A stretch of DNA of 32,151 bases, from the IMG/VR virus record IMGVR_UViG_3300029387_000010. One strand, 5' to 3'. This DNA is from a virus. Both the position numbers and the translations under genes were made by a program. Position 1 is the stretch's first letter; each line of letters begins with the position of its first letter. The notes below the pieces were generated by a model. It was not told where the DNA came from and searched no databases. It saw only the letters and a program-made list of their open reading frames with translations. Below are positions 1 through 6,624 of this stretch, piece after piece.

Positions 1-104
1 GATCCTGTGCGCCGCCGGATATAACACCGCAGTAGATAGTTCATTTGGAGATGATACAGAAGAAAAGACAGAAAAATTAGAAAAAGCAAAAGGAATCACG
101 AAAT
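1..104. repeat. Terminal direct repeat: 1-104 is identical to 32048-32151 (circular closure or terminal redundancy)
   Basis: Direct comparison: GATCCTGTGCGCCGCCGGATATAAC...AAAGGAATCACGAAAT occurs at both window ends, 104/104 identical. Confidence 0.97.
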
Positions 105-175
105 ATCCGAATCAAGTAGGACCGGCAGCGTGGAAAGCTGGACTGGAAATTCTATCAGCAGAGAAAACATTCTAA
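1..175 (+). CDS. Endolysin, C-terminal end (continuation of the ORF open at 31410..32151); PG_binding_1-like cell-wall-binding domain
   Basis: Codons from position 2 read ILCAAGYNTAVDSSFGDDTEEKTEKLEKAKGITKYPNQVGPAAWKAGLEILSAEKTF, stop TAA 173-175. This is in frame with 31410.. through the 104-bp overlap. The D..FG..T...V and VG..TW pattern is typical of peptidoglycan-binding repeats. Confidence 0.85.
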   Translation, partial: ILCAAGYNTAVDSSFGDDTEEKTEKLEKAKGITKYPNQVGPAAWKAGLEILSAEKTF

Positions 176-318
176 AAACTGATCGATGGCAGCAGTTGAC
201 AACGACACAAGAAATATGATAAGATTCAACATGTCTCATTTGTGTCTCAGATGGGACCTTAGAAACGGTGCGAATTCAATACATAGAGGGCGTTTGTATG
301 GGAACGGAGGGTGCGTAC

Positions 319-420
319 ATGGAAGAGCTTAAAAAAGAAATTACAAAATTAATTCAAACTGTAAATGATCATGAAAAGCTACAACTCATTTACAGATTTA
401 TAAAAAGGTTGATTGACTAG
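319..420 (+). CDS. Small hypothetical ORF (33 aa, MEELKKEITKLIQTVNDHEKLQLIYRFIKRLID), convergent with the repressor
   Basis: ATG 319 lies 7 nt after GGAGGG (306-311). Stop TAG 418-420 overlaps the repressor stop. An alternative in-frame ATG is at 298. No family recognised. Confidence 0.3.
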   Translation: MEELKKEITKLIQTVNDHEKLQLIYRFIKRLID

Positions 421-803
421 GCGCGCGGTGCCTGGTCTTTCTTTTTATGCGCGGCCTTTTCGGAAATCTTTTCCAGTAGTTCCCATTCTTCTTCATCCAG
501 ATCCGCAAGTGCTTCGATCAGCCTGCGGCGGTAAGAGTCTTCTTCATCTTTCAGCAGGTCGGCTGCAAAATCCGTAATCTTCTCACTTCTGGTTAATTCT
601 ATTTCTATTGGACCGTTTCCGGTTCGAAGCCACTCTTCGTTTATGTTGAATTTTTCACATATTAATGAAATGACAGCGTCACTTGGTGCGTTTTTTCCAA
701 CTTCGTAAGCTCCGATGTTGCCTCTGGCTATTTTTAATTTATCTGCAAATTCTTGCTGAGTTAATCCAAGATGCTTTCTTAATAATTTGATTCGTTCGTT
801 CAT
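417..803 (-). CDS. XRE/CI-like HTH transcriptional repressor
   Basis: N-terminus MNERIKLLRKHLGLTQQEFADKLKIARGNIGAYEVGKNAPS is a canonical HTH_3 (XRE) motif. AGGAGG RBS on the minus strand at about 811-816. Divergent from the early operon. Confidence 0.9.
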   Translation of the reverse strand: MNERIKLLRKHLGLTQQEFADKLKIARGNIGAYEVGKNAPSDAVISLICEKFNINEEWLRTGNGPIEIELTRSEKITDFAADLLKDEEDSYRRRLIEALADLDEEEWELLEKISEKAAHKKKDQAPRA

Positions 804-835
804 CGAGAGCCTCCTTTTCTTCTCTTTTCGAAATC

Positions 836-864
836 ATCATAACACACGGCGAGTGCTAATTCAA
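836..864 (-). promoter_or_regulatory. Candidate repressor-maintenance promoter (minus strand)
   Basis: Minus strand reads TTGAAT (864-859), 17 nt, TATGAT (841-836), preceded by TGT (extended -10). It lies about 20 nt upstream of the repressor RBS. Confidence 0.5.
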
Positions 865-895
865 TACAAAATGTTGGTAAATTACAAAAAATGTG

Positions 896-924
896 TTGAC
901 AAAGATAATTAACCAACCTATACT
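896..924 (+). promoter_or_regulatory. Candidate early rightward promoter
   Basis: TTGACA (896-901), 17-nt spacer, TATACT (919-924), about 30 nt upstream of the ATG at 955 (RBS GAGGTG). Confidence 0.65.
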
Positions 925-954
925 TGAAATATACCAACAAAGCGAGGTGAGAAT

Positions 955-1302
955 ATGAAATGTGATTACTGTGGAAGAGGAATCCGACGAGGAGAAGAAA
1001 GAGAACAAGAAGTAAGAGTAAGCGTCAGCGGTGGAAGAAAAACTGAGTTTTCCGAGGGAATGGAATTCAAAGAATACCGGTGCTGCTCTAGCGAATGCCG
1101 GATGAAGATGTTCGGCAGAGTGATTAATGCACTATCCGAAGAAGGATTACAAAGAAAAGAAATGGAAGAGGATAATCTGGCAGAACTGGAACAAAAAAAG
1201 AAACCGTCAAAAGTAACGGTTTCAGATGTAGCTTTGGCTATATCAATATTTGCATTAGCTTTTCAGGTGTTTTGCCATATCATACTCCCAAGATTGATTT
1301 GA
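955..1302 (+). CDS. Zinc-ribbon (TRASH/FCS-like C-x2-C ... CC-x3-C) protein with C-terminal transmembrane anchor
   Basis: MKCDYCGRGI...YRCCSSECRMKMF, followed by a charged linker and a hydrophobic tail ALAISIFALAFQVFCHIILPRLI. First gene after the early promoter. Confidence 0.65.
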   Translation: MKCDYCGRGIRRGEEREQEVRVSVSGGRKTEFSEGMEFKEYRCCSSECRMKMFGRVINALSEEGLQRKEMEEDNLAELEQKKKPSKVTVSDVALAISIFALAFQVFCHIILPRLI

Positions 1303-1657
1303 CAAAGTTAATTACTTGGGCGTGATGGATGGCAAATTCGATGAAAACACCAAGAGCCGCAATAAAAATAGATACCCATCCTTTAATGTCTGCTTCTTTC
1401 GACTTTTTCAGGGCAATATCGGAACATTTTTTTGCGGACTTAGCGATGTTCTTAGAATCATTAGCAAGTTTATCAGCTGATTTAGCAATGGACTTGATAG
1501 ATGCAACTTGCTCTTCAAGTGGAACTTTAACATCGTCTGCCAACTTTTTGAAGTTAGATTCTTCATAGCTTGGCGGCCGGCAGGTGGAAAGAAAATCGCT
1601 GTTTGATTTTACATAGTCTTGAAGAAGTTTTGATGTGGAATTCGTCTGGTTATTCAT
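1280..1657 (-). CDS. Tail-anchored membrane protein, hypothetical (candidate lysogen-expressed moron)
   Basis: ATG (rc of 1655-1657) lies 6 nt after AGGAGG (rc of 1664-1669), so the upstream 21 codons of the track ORF are unlikely to be coding. Lys/Ser/Ala-rich helical region, then hydrophobic WVSIFIAALGVFIEFAI. Confidence 0.6.
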   Translation of the reverse strand: MNNQTNSTSKLLQDYVKSNSDFLSTCRPPSYEESNFKKLADDVKVPLEEQVASIKSIAKSADKLANDSKNIAKSAKKCSDIALKKSKEADIKGWVSIFIAALGVFIEFAIHHAQVINFVKSILGV

Positions 1658-1705
1658 GGAATACCTCCTGAATTTAATACTTGGCATGAAAGCGCCTGTA
1701 ATTAA

Positions 1706-1734
1706 AGGATAGGAGTGCACAACATAAAAGTCAA
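1706..1734 (-). promoter_or_regulatory. Candidate promoter for the minus-strand gene 1280..1657
   Basis: Minus strand reads TTGACT (1734-1729), 17 nt, TATCCT (1711-1706). Confidence 0.35.
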
Positions 1735-1755
1735 TAGCAGGAAAGAGGTGAGAAG

Positions 1756-1911
1756 ATGAGTGAAAAAGAAAAACAGGTCATGGAACGTTTGGCTGAGAAT
1801 CTGAAAGATATGGACGATGAGGACAAGAACAGCCTTATTGAAAGAGCAGAAGGTATGGCTTACATGAACCGGAAGTGGAGAAAGAAACTGGAAACACAGG
1901 AAGTAACGTAG
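1756..1911 (+). CDS. Small hypothetical protein (51 aa)
   Basis: ATG 1756 follows AAAGAGGTGAG. Translates MSEKEKQVMERLAENLKDMDDEDKNSLIERAEGMAYMNRKWRKKLETQEVT, stop TAG 1909-1911. Below the ORF-track cutoff. Confidence 0.5.
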   Translation: MSEKEKQVMERLAENLKDMDDEDKNSLIERAEGMAYMNRKWRKKLETQEVT

Positions 1912-1922
1912 GGGGAGATTAT

Positions 1923-2180
1923 ATGAAATTAAAGAAAGTCGTAGGTTATGTGATGATGTGCTTACCAATAGCGTACATGATGACAGGAAGGTATATACCG
2001 TATGACTATCAAGTGATAGCACTGATTATATTATCAACTCTTGAAATGTGTCACATTTGGATTAGCGGGTATTATCTTCTGACAGGCATGAAACCAATAA
2101 TGATTTTGATCGAGAAAAAAACCAAGGATGAAAAAGTAACATGTAAGCAATCCTTACAAGTTGTAGGAGGTGAGATGTAA
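1923..2180 (+). CDS. Small membrane protein, hypothetical
   Basis: Internal ATG of track ORF 1875..2180, preceded by GGGGGAG. MKLKKVVGYVMMCLPIAYMM... contains two hydrophobic segments. Confidence 0.55.
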   Translation: MKLKKVVGYVMMCLPIAYMMTGRYIPYDYQVIALIILSTLEMCHIWISGYYLLTGMKPIMILIEKKTKDEKVTCKQSLQVVGGEM

Positions 2181-2407
2181 TGCTGGAATACCCGAAAGAA
2201 GTAATGAAGACATCAGAACTGGTAGAGATGGGATTCCCGGAGCAGATGCTCCTGAATGCCTACCGGGTAAAAGGTCAGACCTTTGCCCAAAAGGTGAATC
2301 CTACCAAGAGGAACAGCCCGATCATATTTTTTACAAAGCAATTTGAAAAATGGCGAGAGGAGCAACAGAGAATTGAAAACAGATCAATTCAGAGAGGGTT
2401 CTATTAA
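2180..2407 (+). CDS. Excisionase-like (Tn916 Xis/HTH_17-type) DNA-binding protein
   Basis: TSELVEMGFPEQMLLNAYRV...IIFFTKQFEKWREEQ resembles the Xis-type winged helix with the KxQFEK tail. ATG overlaps the previous stop. The function call is tentative. Confidence 0.5.
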   Translation: MLEYPKEVMKTSELVEMGFPEQMLLNAYRVKGQTFAQKVNPTKRNSPIIFFTKQFEKWREEQQRIENRSIQRGFY

Positions 2408-2484
2408 ACACGATTGCCATGACTGCAAACGCTATATGCGCTGCAATATGGTTGATCGCAAGAGAAATGAGAGGTGTGCAGATT

Positions 2485-2679
2485 ATGAAGAGAAGAAGAG
2501 TGCGAAAAATCGGATATAGCATGATTACAGCCGGAATGCTGGCAGGATGGTGTGTATGTGGTGTTTATGAGAGGTCTAATCCGAATGTATCACTCTGGCC
2601 GTACATTATTGCACTTCTGATCTGCATGGGAGTGACACTGATCGGAGATCAGGTAAGGAAGAGAGGTGAGGACTGGTGA
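2485..2679 (+). CDS. Small membrane protein, hypothetical
   Basis: MKRRRVRKIGYSMITAGMLAGWCVCGV...IIALLICMGVTLIG has two TM segments. The start was chosen at an internal ATG after GAGAGGTG. Confidence 0.45.
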   Translation: MKRRRVRKIGYSMITAGMLAGWCVCGVYERSNPNVSLWPYIIALLICMGVTLIGDQVRKRGEDW

Positions 2680-2687
2680 AAGAAAAG

Positions 2688-2849
2688 ATGTTTGAAGCCG
2701 CTGTAAAGCAGCGGAAGAGATATGAAATGCTGTCACCTGGCACATTGAGCCACCAGATCGAGCGGGAGAAGTTCGAAATGTTGTGGACCATTATCATAGA
2801 TGCCGGATACGGCGTGGAATATGAAAGCTATGAAAGAATTCATTCATAA
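2688..2849 (+). CDS. Small hypothetical protein (53 aa)
   Basis: Open frame from GTG 2676 or ATG 2688 to TAA 2847-2849 (MFEAAVKQRKRYEMLSPGTLSHQIEREKFEMLW...). It fills the gap between neighbouring genes. Confidence 0.4.
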   Translation: MFEAAVKQRKRYEMLSPGTLSHQIEREKFEMLWTIIIDAGYGVEYESYERIHS

Positions 2850-2868
2850 GCATAAGGAGGAAAGAAAG

Positions 2869-3135
2869 ATGATTAAAGCAGAAAACGGACAAGTTGAAGT
2901 CAGTGGAAGAAAAAAAGAAATCGAGAGAGATCTTATAGGGATTATCCGCACAATAAATATTTCGTGTACGGAAAAAGGGCAGAGCAAAGAAAAAATCAGA
3001 CAATATGTGATGGATGCCGTAGAGGTTGGATTGGAAAGCACATCTCAAGAGATACATATGCACGTGGGACCCGAGGAGCTTTTTGAGATGATGATGGAAG
3101 AAATGCTGAAAGATCTGGAGAAGGATAAAGAATGA
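2869..3135 (+). CDS. Hypothetical protein (88 aa)
   Basis: ATG 2869 lies 8 nt after AAGGAGG. This is the internal start of track ORF 2800..3135. Confidence 0.6.
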   Translation: MIKAENGQVEVSGRKKEIERDLIGIIRTINISCTEKGQSKEKIRQYVMDAVEVGLESTSQEIHMHVGPEELFEMMMEEMLKDLEKDKE

Positions 3136-3353
3136 GACGATTCAGCGAAGAACATGATCTGAGTCTATCAGATCTGAAGACTATCATATTCGATCGCGGT
3201 CGGAAGGAACTGGAAGCATACACACATGCAAAGGAAAGAGGATATTCCGATTATGATGTGGAGAACCAAAGACTCCGGTACATAGCGATCTGGGTTGTGA
3301 TCGAAGAAGCAGGTCTGGAAGAAGAGTTCGGACATTGGAAAGTGCAGAAATAA
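3132..3353 (+). CDS. Hypothetical protein (73 aa)
   Basis: ATGA start/stop overlap with the previous gene. Last gene before a non-coding, hairpin-rich gap. Confidence 0.6.
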   Translation: MRRFSEEHDLSLSDLKTIIFDRGRKELEAYTHAKERGYSDYDVENQRLRYIAIWVVIEEAGLEEEFGHWKVQK

Positions 3354-3357
3354 AAAA

Positions 3358-3381
3358 ACACATCCGTTAGAGCGGATGTGT
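3358..3381. terminator. 9-bp perfect hairpin at the end of the first early gene block
   Basis: ACACATCCG (3358-3366), loop TTAGAG, CGGATGTGT (3373-3381). The A-run lies 5' on the + strand, so the U-tract exists only for a minus-strand transcript. On the + strand it has no U-tract. Confidence 0.4.
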
Positions 3382-3392
3382 CCGTAGCTAGG

Positions 3393-3441
3393 CTACAAGA
3401 TGTAATACATAAAATACCTACATATATATTACATCTTGTAG
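3393..3441. repeat. 15-bp perfect inverted repeat with AT-rich 19-nt loop, directly upstream of the Rep gene (candidate origin)
   Basis: CTACAAGATGTAATA (3393-3407) and TATTACATCTTGTAG (3427-3441). The stem can extend by AGG/CCT with one bulge. The loop is CATAAAATACCTACATATA. Confidence 0.9.
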
Positions 3442-3458
3442 TCCTAAATGTCAAGTAA

Positions 3459-4385
3459 ATGCGGGGTGAAATGCCCCGTAAAACACTCGTTAAGAATATT
3501 AAAGTTAGGACAGAAAAGAAGATGTATATCCAGAAATATCAGACCTTCCGGAAGGGTGACGTGATTGATTATATCGAGATCCCAGATGGAAGATATGGGG
3601 CACGGGGATTGCCCCGGATGAAAAAGAAGAAACCCACGAAAGAACAGATAGCAGAGATTAATAAGCAGAATAAGGAGCGGAGATGCCGTGCGTACCTGAT
3701 GGAGTATTTCCGTCCAGGAGACACCTTCGCCACATGGACCTACAGACCTAGTGCCAGACCGCCGGACATGAAGTCAGCTCTAAAGGATTTCCAAAAGTCC
3801 ATCCGGAAAGTCCGGGAGGAATACAAGAAAAGAGGATATGAGTTGTTCTGGATCAGGAATATCGAAAAGGGAACTCGCGGAGCCTGGCACATCCATCTGG
3901 CAGTGAATGCCATACCGGGAACAGCAGAGATCCTGCGGAAAGCCTGGATAAAAGGTGGCATCTACATAGAGACCATCAGAGACTCGGAGAAATTCGGAGA
4001 TGACGACATGACCAGGTTAGCCGCTTATCTGACAAAGGACGCGAAAATGGGAGATAAAAAAGACGATGGATCCAGGGAGAAACCAAGACTCAAAGAATCA
4101 AGTTACGGTCATTCCCGGAATATGCAGCTCCCACCGGTGCGAAAGCGTAAGCTGCAGCATTGGAAAAAAGAAGTCAAACCGAAAAAGGGATACTACATAG
4201 CACGGATCTGGGAGGGAATCAATCCATACACCGGATTTAAGTACCGCAGGTACACCATGATCCGAATAGAAAGGAGACACGATGATGAAGGTTCAGATCT
4301 ACGTCACCACAACGCTCGCAGGTCCCGCCGTAAAAGACGGAAACTACGGAGCTGTCGTGGAATACATCACCCCAAAGGGGCATAA
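3459..4385 (+). CDS. HUH-superfamily rolling-circle replication initiator (Rep)
   Basis: Three ordered motifs: FATWTY (motif I), AWHIHLAVN (HUH, motif II), LAAYLTKD (Y-x-x-K, motif III). The start is uncertain (3459, 3471 or 3522). The basic C-terminal tail overlaps the next gene by 104 nt. Confidence 0.8.
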   Translation: MRGEMPRKTLVKNIKVRTEKKMYIQKYQTFRKGDVIDYIEIPDGRYGARGLPRMKKKKPTKEQIAEINKQNKERRCRAYLMEYFRPGDTFATWTYRPSARPPDMKSALKDFQKSIRKVREEYKKRGYELFWIRNIEKGTRGAWHIHLAVNAIPGTAEILRKAWIKGGIYIETIRDSEKFGDDDMTRLAAYLTKDAKMGDKKDDGSREKPRLKESSYGHSRNMQLPPVRKRKLQHWKKEVKPKKGYYIARIWEGINPYTGFKYRRYTMIRIERRHDDEGSDLRHHNARRSRRKRRKLRSCRGIHHPKGA

Positions 4386-4725
4386 AGAGATCCGCACTGT
4401 GACAGGGTTTGAAAAAAACACGACATGGCATCGAAGTGTCATCCTTGCCACGGTAAAAGCATTGAACATTTTGAAGGTTCCCTGTTCGGTTGAGGTCTAC
4501 ACGACATCCAATTTCGTGACGAACACGCTGAATTCGGGAAATGTAGAGAAGTGGAAACGTGCAGAGTGGCGCAAGTCCTCTGGAAAAGAGGTCAAAAACA
4601 AAGAATTATGGCAAGAATATGCCGATTTGGCAGAGCGTCACAAAATCCATGCCACACGCAGTAAAAATAACGAATATGTACGCTTACTTATGAAAATGTT
4701 CAAAGAAGATGCAGAAAGTAAATAG
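4282..4725 (+). CDS. RNase HI-fold protein lacking the catalytic DEDD residues
   Basis: AAGGAG lies 5 nt upstream of the start. VQIYVTTT...GNYGAVVEY...TTWHRSVILATVKAL...VEVYTTSNFV...KWKRAEWRKSSGKEVKNKELWQ parallels RNase HI (IFTDGS...GYG...TNNRMEL.A...STDSQYV...W...GW......VKN.DLW). Confidence 0.75.
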   Translation: MMKVQIYVTTTLAGPAVKDGNYGAVVEYITPKGHKEIRTVTGFEKNTTWHRSVILATVKALNILKVPCSVEVYTTSNFVTNTLNSGNVEKWKRAEWRKSSGKEVKNKELWQEYADLAERHKIHATRSKNNEYVRLLMKMFKEDAESK

Positions 4726-4766
4726 CAAAACGGCAGGGAAATGCCGATAATCCTTAAAAATACAGA

Positions 4767-5366
4767 ATGGGAGAGGTAGTGAATGTGATTAAAAATAAAG
4801 AGGAAATATTGCCGGATCTGATCAAGAAATATGAATCCGGTAAAACATTGTTGGAGCTGGGACATGAATATAAGCTTGCTCCAAAGACGATAAGCGGATG
4901 GCTAAAGGCTTGCGGCGTGAAAATGCGTATTAGCGGCAGCAGAAAGATAGAGATCGATAGAGAATTGCTTCAAAGAATGGCAGATGAGGGAATGTCGCAG
5001 GTAGAGATATGCGAAAAATTAAACATATCAACCAGTACAATGTCCGTCAGAATGAAAGAATACGGCATCAAGATCAACCGGGATGCAAGGAAAAAACGGA
5101 AAATAGAAGAAGAGCCTATGGAAGAAGAACCGGTGATTAAACCAGGCAAACCCAAAAAGAGATGCAGATCCTGTGTATTCCGAGCCGCAAGAAATGCAGT
5201 CAATGGCTGCAATTATTCATCGATCATCGAAAGATGCCGATTGCAGAAGCCGGAAGAATGCACCTTTTACGAAAGAGGAAGACGCATCGACCCAAAAAGC
5301 GCGCGAGCGAGTAAAAAGAGAGCGGAAGTGTGGGCAGAGTTGGAGAAGATAGGTGATCAAGCATGA
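4767..5366 (+). CDS. DNA-binding protein with two HTH modules and a C-terminal Cys cluster
   Basis: GKTLLELGHEYKLAPKTISGWLK and GMSQVEICEKLNISTSTMSVRMK are HTH-like. The C-terminus is CRSCVFRAARNAVNGCNYSSIIERCRLQKPEECTFYE. The true start may be a GTG a few codons in. Confidence 0.65.
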   Translation: MGEVVNVIKNKEEILPDLIKKYESGKTLLELGHEYKLAPKTISGWLKACGVKMRISGSRKIEIDRELLQRMADEGMSQVEICEKLNISTSTMSVRMKEYGIKINRDARKKRKIEEEPMEEEPVIKPGKPKKRCRSCVFRAARNAVNGCNYSSIIERCRLQKPEECTFYERGRRIDPKSARASKKRAEVWAELEKIGDQA

Positions 5367-6556
5367 GCATGGAAGAATGGCGACAAAAGAAGATTCGACA
5401 AAGAGGACGGTTTACTGTTCTTCAGAGGTTAGATTATCCAGTGAAGCTTAGACGTCAGAGAAACAGAGCATGGGAGTTCTATGAAGAAATGCTAAGCCGG
5501 GATAGAAGCACACATGTCAGTGTAGGAGGATTGGACAGTATTACACTATATATTTGGCTAATGAGCATAGGACTTAAGATTCCAGGAATATCAGTATCGG
5601 TTCTGGAAGATAAGAGTATCCAGAAAGTACATAGAGCACTGGGGCTAGAAATCGTGAAACCTTATAAAAGCAAAGTTCAGGTGTTGAATGAGGTTGGATT
5701 TCCTGTGATCAGCAAGAAAATAGCCGGAAGAATCAATACTTTACAGAATCCCACAGAGAATAATAAAACAGTACGCCATGCGATCATAACTGGAGAATGC
5801 GGGGAACAGGGACATTTTGCCAAGAACAGCAGAATGCAGTTGCCACAGAAATGGTTAAAGCTGTTTGGCGGCTACGAAAATGAAAACGAAGGCGTCTGCT
5901 ACGGAAAACCGGATCCGGATATCAAAATATCTAACGAATGCTGCTACTGGCTGAAAGAGAAACCATGCGACGACTGGGCAAAGATTCACAACAGTGCACC
6001 GTATCTTGGAATGATGGCATCAGAAGGTGGGCAACGCGAAGAGGCACTGATTGAGCACGGCTGCAACTATTACGGAAAAACCGTGACAAGATCAGCGCCG
6101 TTTGCGATATTCCAGAGACAGGATATCTTACAACTGGCTTTAGACATGAATGTCTGGTATCACGACCACATAGAGCTATTCGAGGAACTATATCATGCAC
6201 AGCCTTACGGACGAAACCCAGACGGAAGTCCCAAAGAATATGTTCCTTTGGACAGCATTGTCCCGGAGATATACGGAAAGGTCGAAAAAACTGGCGACGG
6301 TGAATTATATACGACCGGAGCACAACGGACAGGCTGCAGCATGTGCGGTTTCGGCATCCACCTGGAAGAACGTCCGCACCGGTTTGACAAGTTGCGGGAA
6401 CGCAATGAGAAAGAATGGGAATTCTGGATGTATCGGTGTTGTACGGATTCAGAGACAGGAGAGAAGTTCGGTTGGGGAAGAGTGCTGGACTATATCGGAG
6501 TGGAATGGGAAGATGTACCGCCGAGGCAGATGACGCTAGAGGATTACATGAAATGA
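5363..6556 (+). CDS. PAPS-reductase/PP-loop ATP-pyrophosphatase family protein (IbrA/DndC-like)
   Basis: PP-loop-like VSVGGLDSITLY near the N-terminus, C-terminal Cys motif GCSMCGFG, and a size typical of phage PAPS-reductase-like proteins. It is paired with a ParB-like gene. Confidence 0.8.
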   Translation: MSMEEWRQKKIRQRGRFTVLQRLDYPVKLRRQRNRAWEFYEEMLSRDRSTHVSVGGLDSITLYIWLMSIGLKIPGISVSVLEDKSIQKVHRALGLEIVKPYKSKVQVLNEVGFPVISKKIAGRINTLQNPTENNKTVRHAIITGECGEQGHFAKNSRMQLPQKWLKLFGGYENENEGVCYGKPDPDIKISNECCYWLKEKPCDDWAKIHNSAPYLGMMASEGGQREEALIEHGCNYYGKTVTRSAPFAIFQRQDILQLALDMNVWYHDHIELFEELYHAQPYGRNPDGSPKEYVPLDSIVPEIYGKVEKTGDGELYTTGAQRTGCSMCGFGIHLEERPHRFDKLRERNEKEWEFWMYRCCTDSETGEKFGWGRVLDYIGVEWEDVPPRQMTLEDYMK

Positions 6557-6624
6557 GTTTAGATGTTTTTAAGAATTATGAATGTGATGGTCAGATAGAG
6601 ATATCCGACTTGAAAGGAGAAGAG

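Noticed and set aside
5931-6533. ORFs 5931..6323 (-), 6205..6405 (-) and 6195..6533 (+) inside the PAPS-reductase-like gene
   Set aside because: They are out-of-frame or antisense overlaps with a gene that has recognisable family motifs along its whole length.
6415-6624. N-terminal 70 codons of track ORF 6415..7989
   Set aside because: This stretch overlaps the end of the upstream gene in another frame. The ParB domain starts right after ATG 6625, which has a strong AAGGAG RBS. ATG 6553 is kept only as an alternative.
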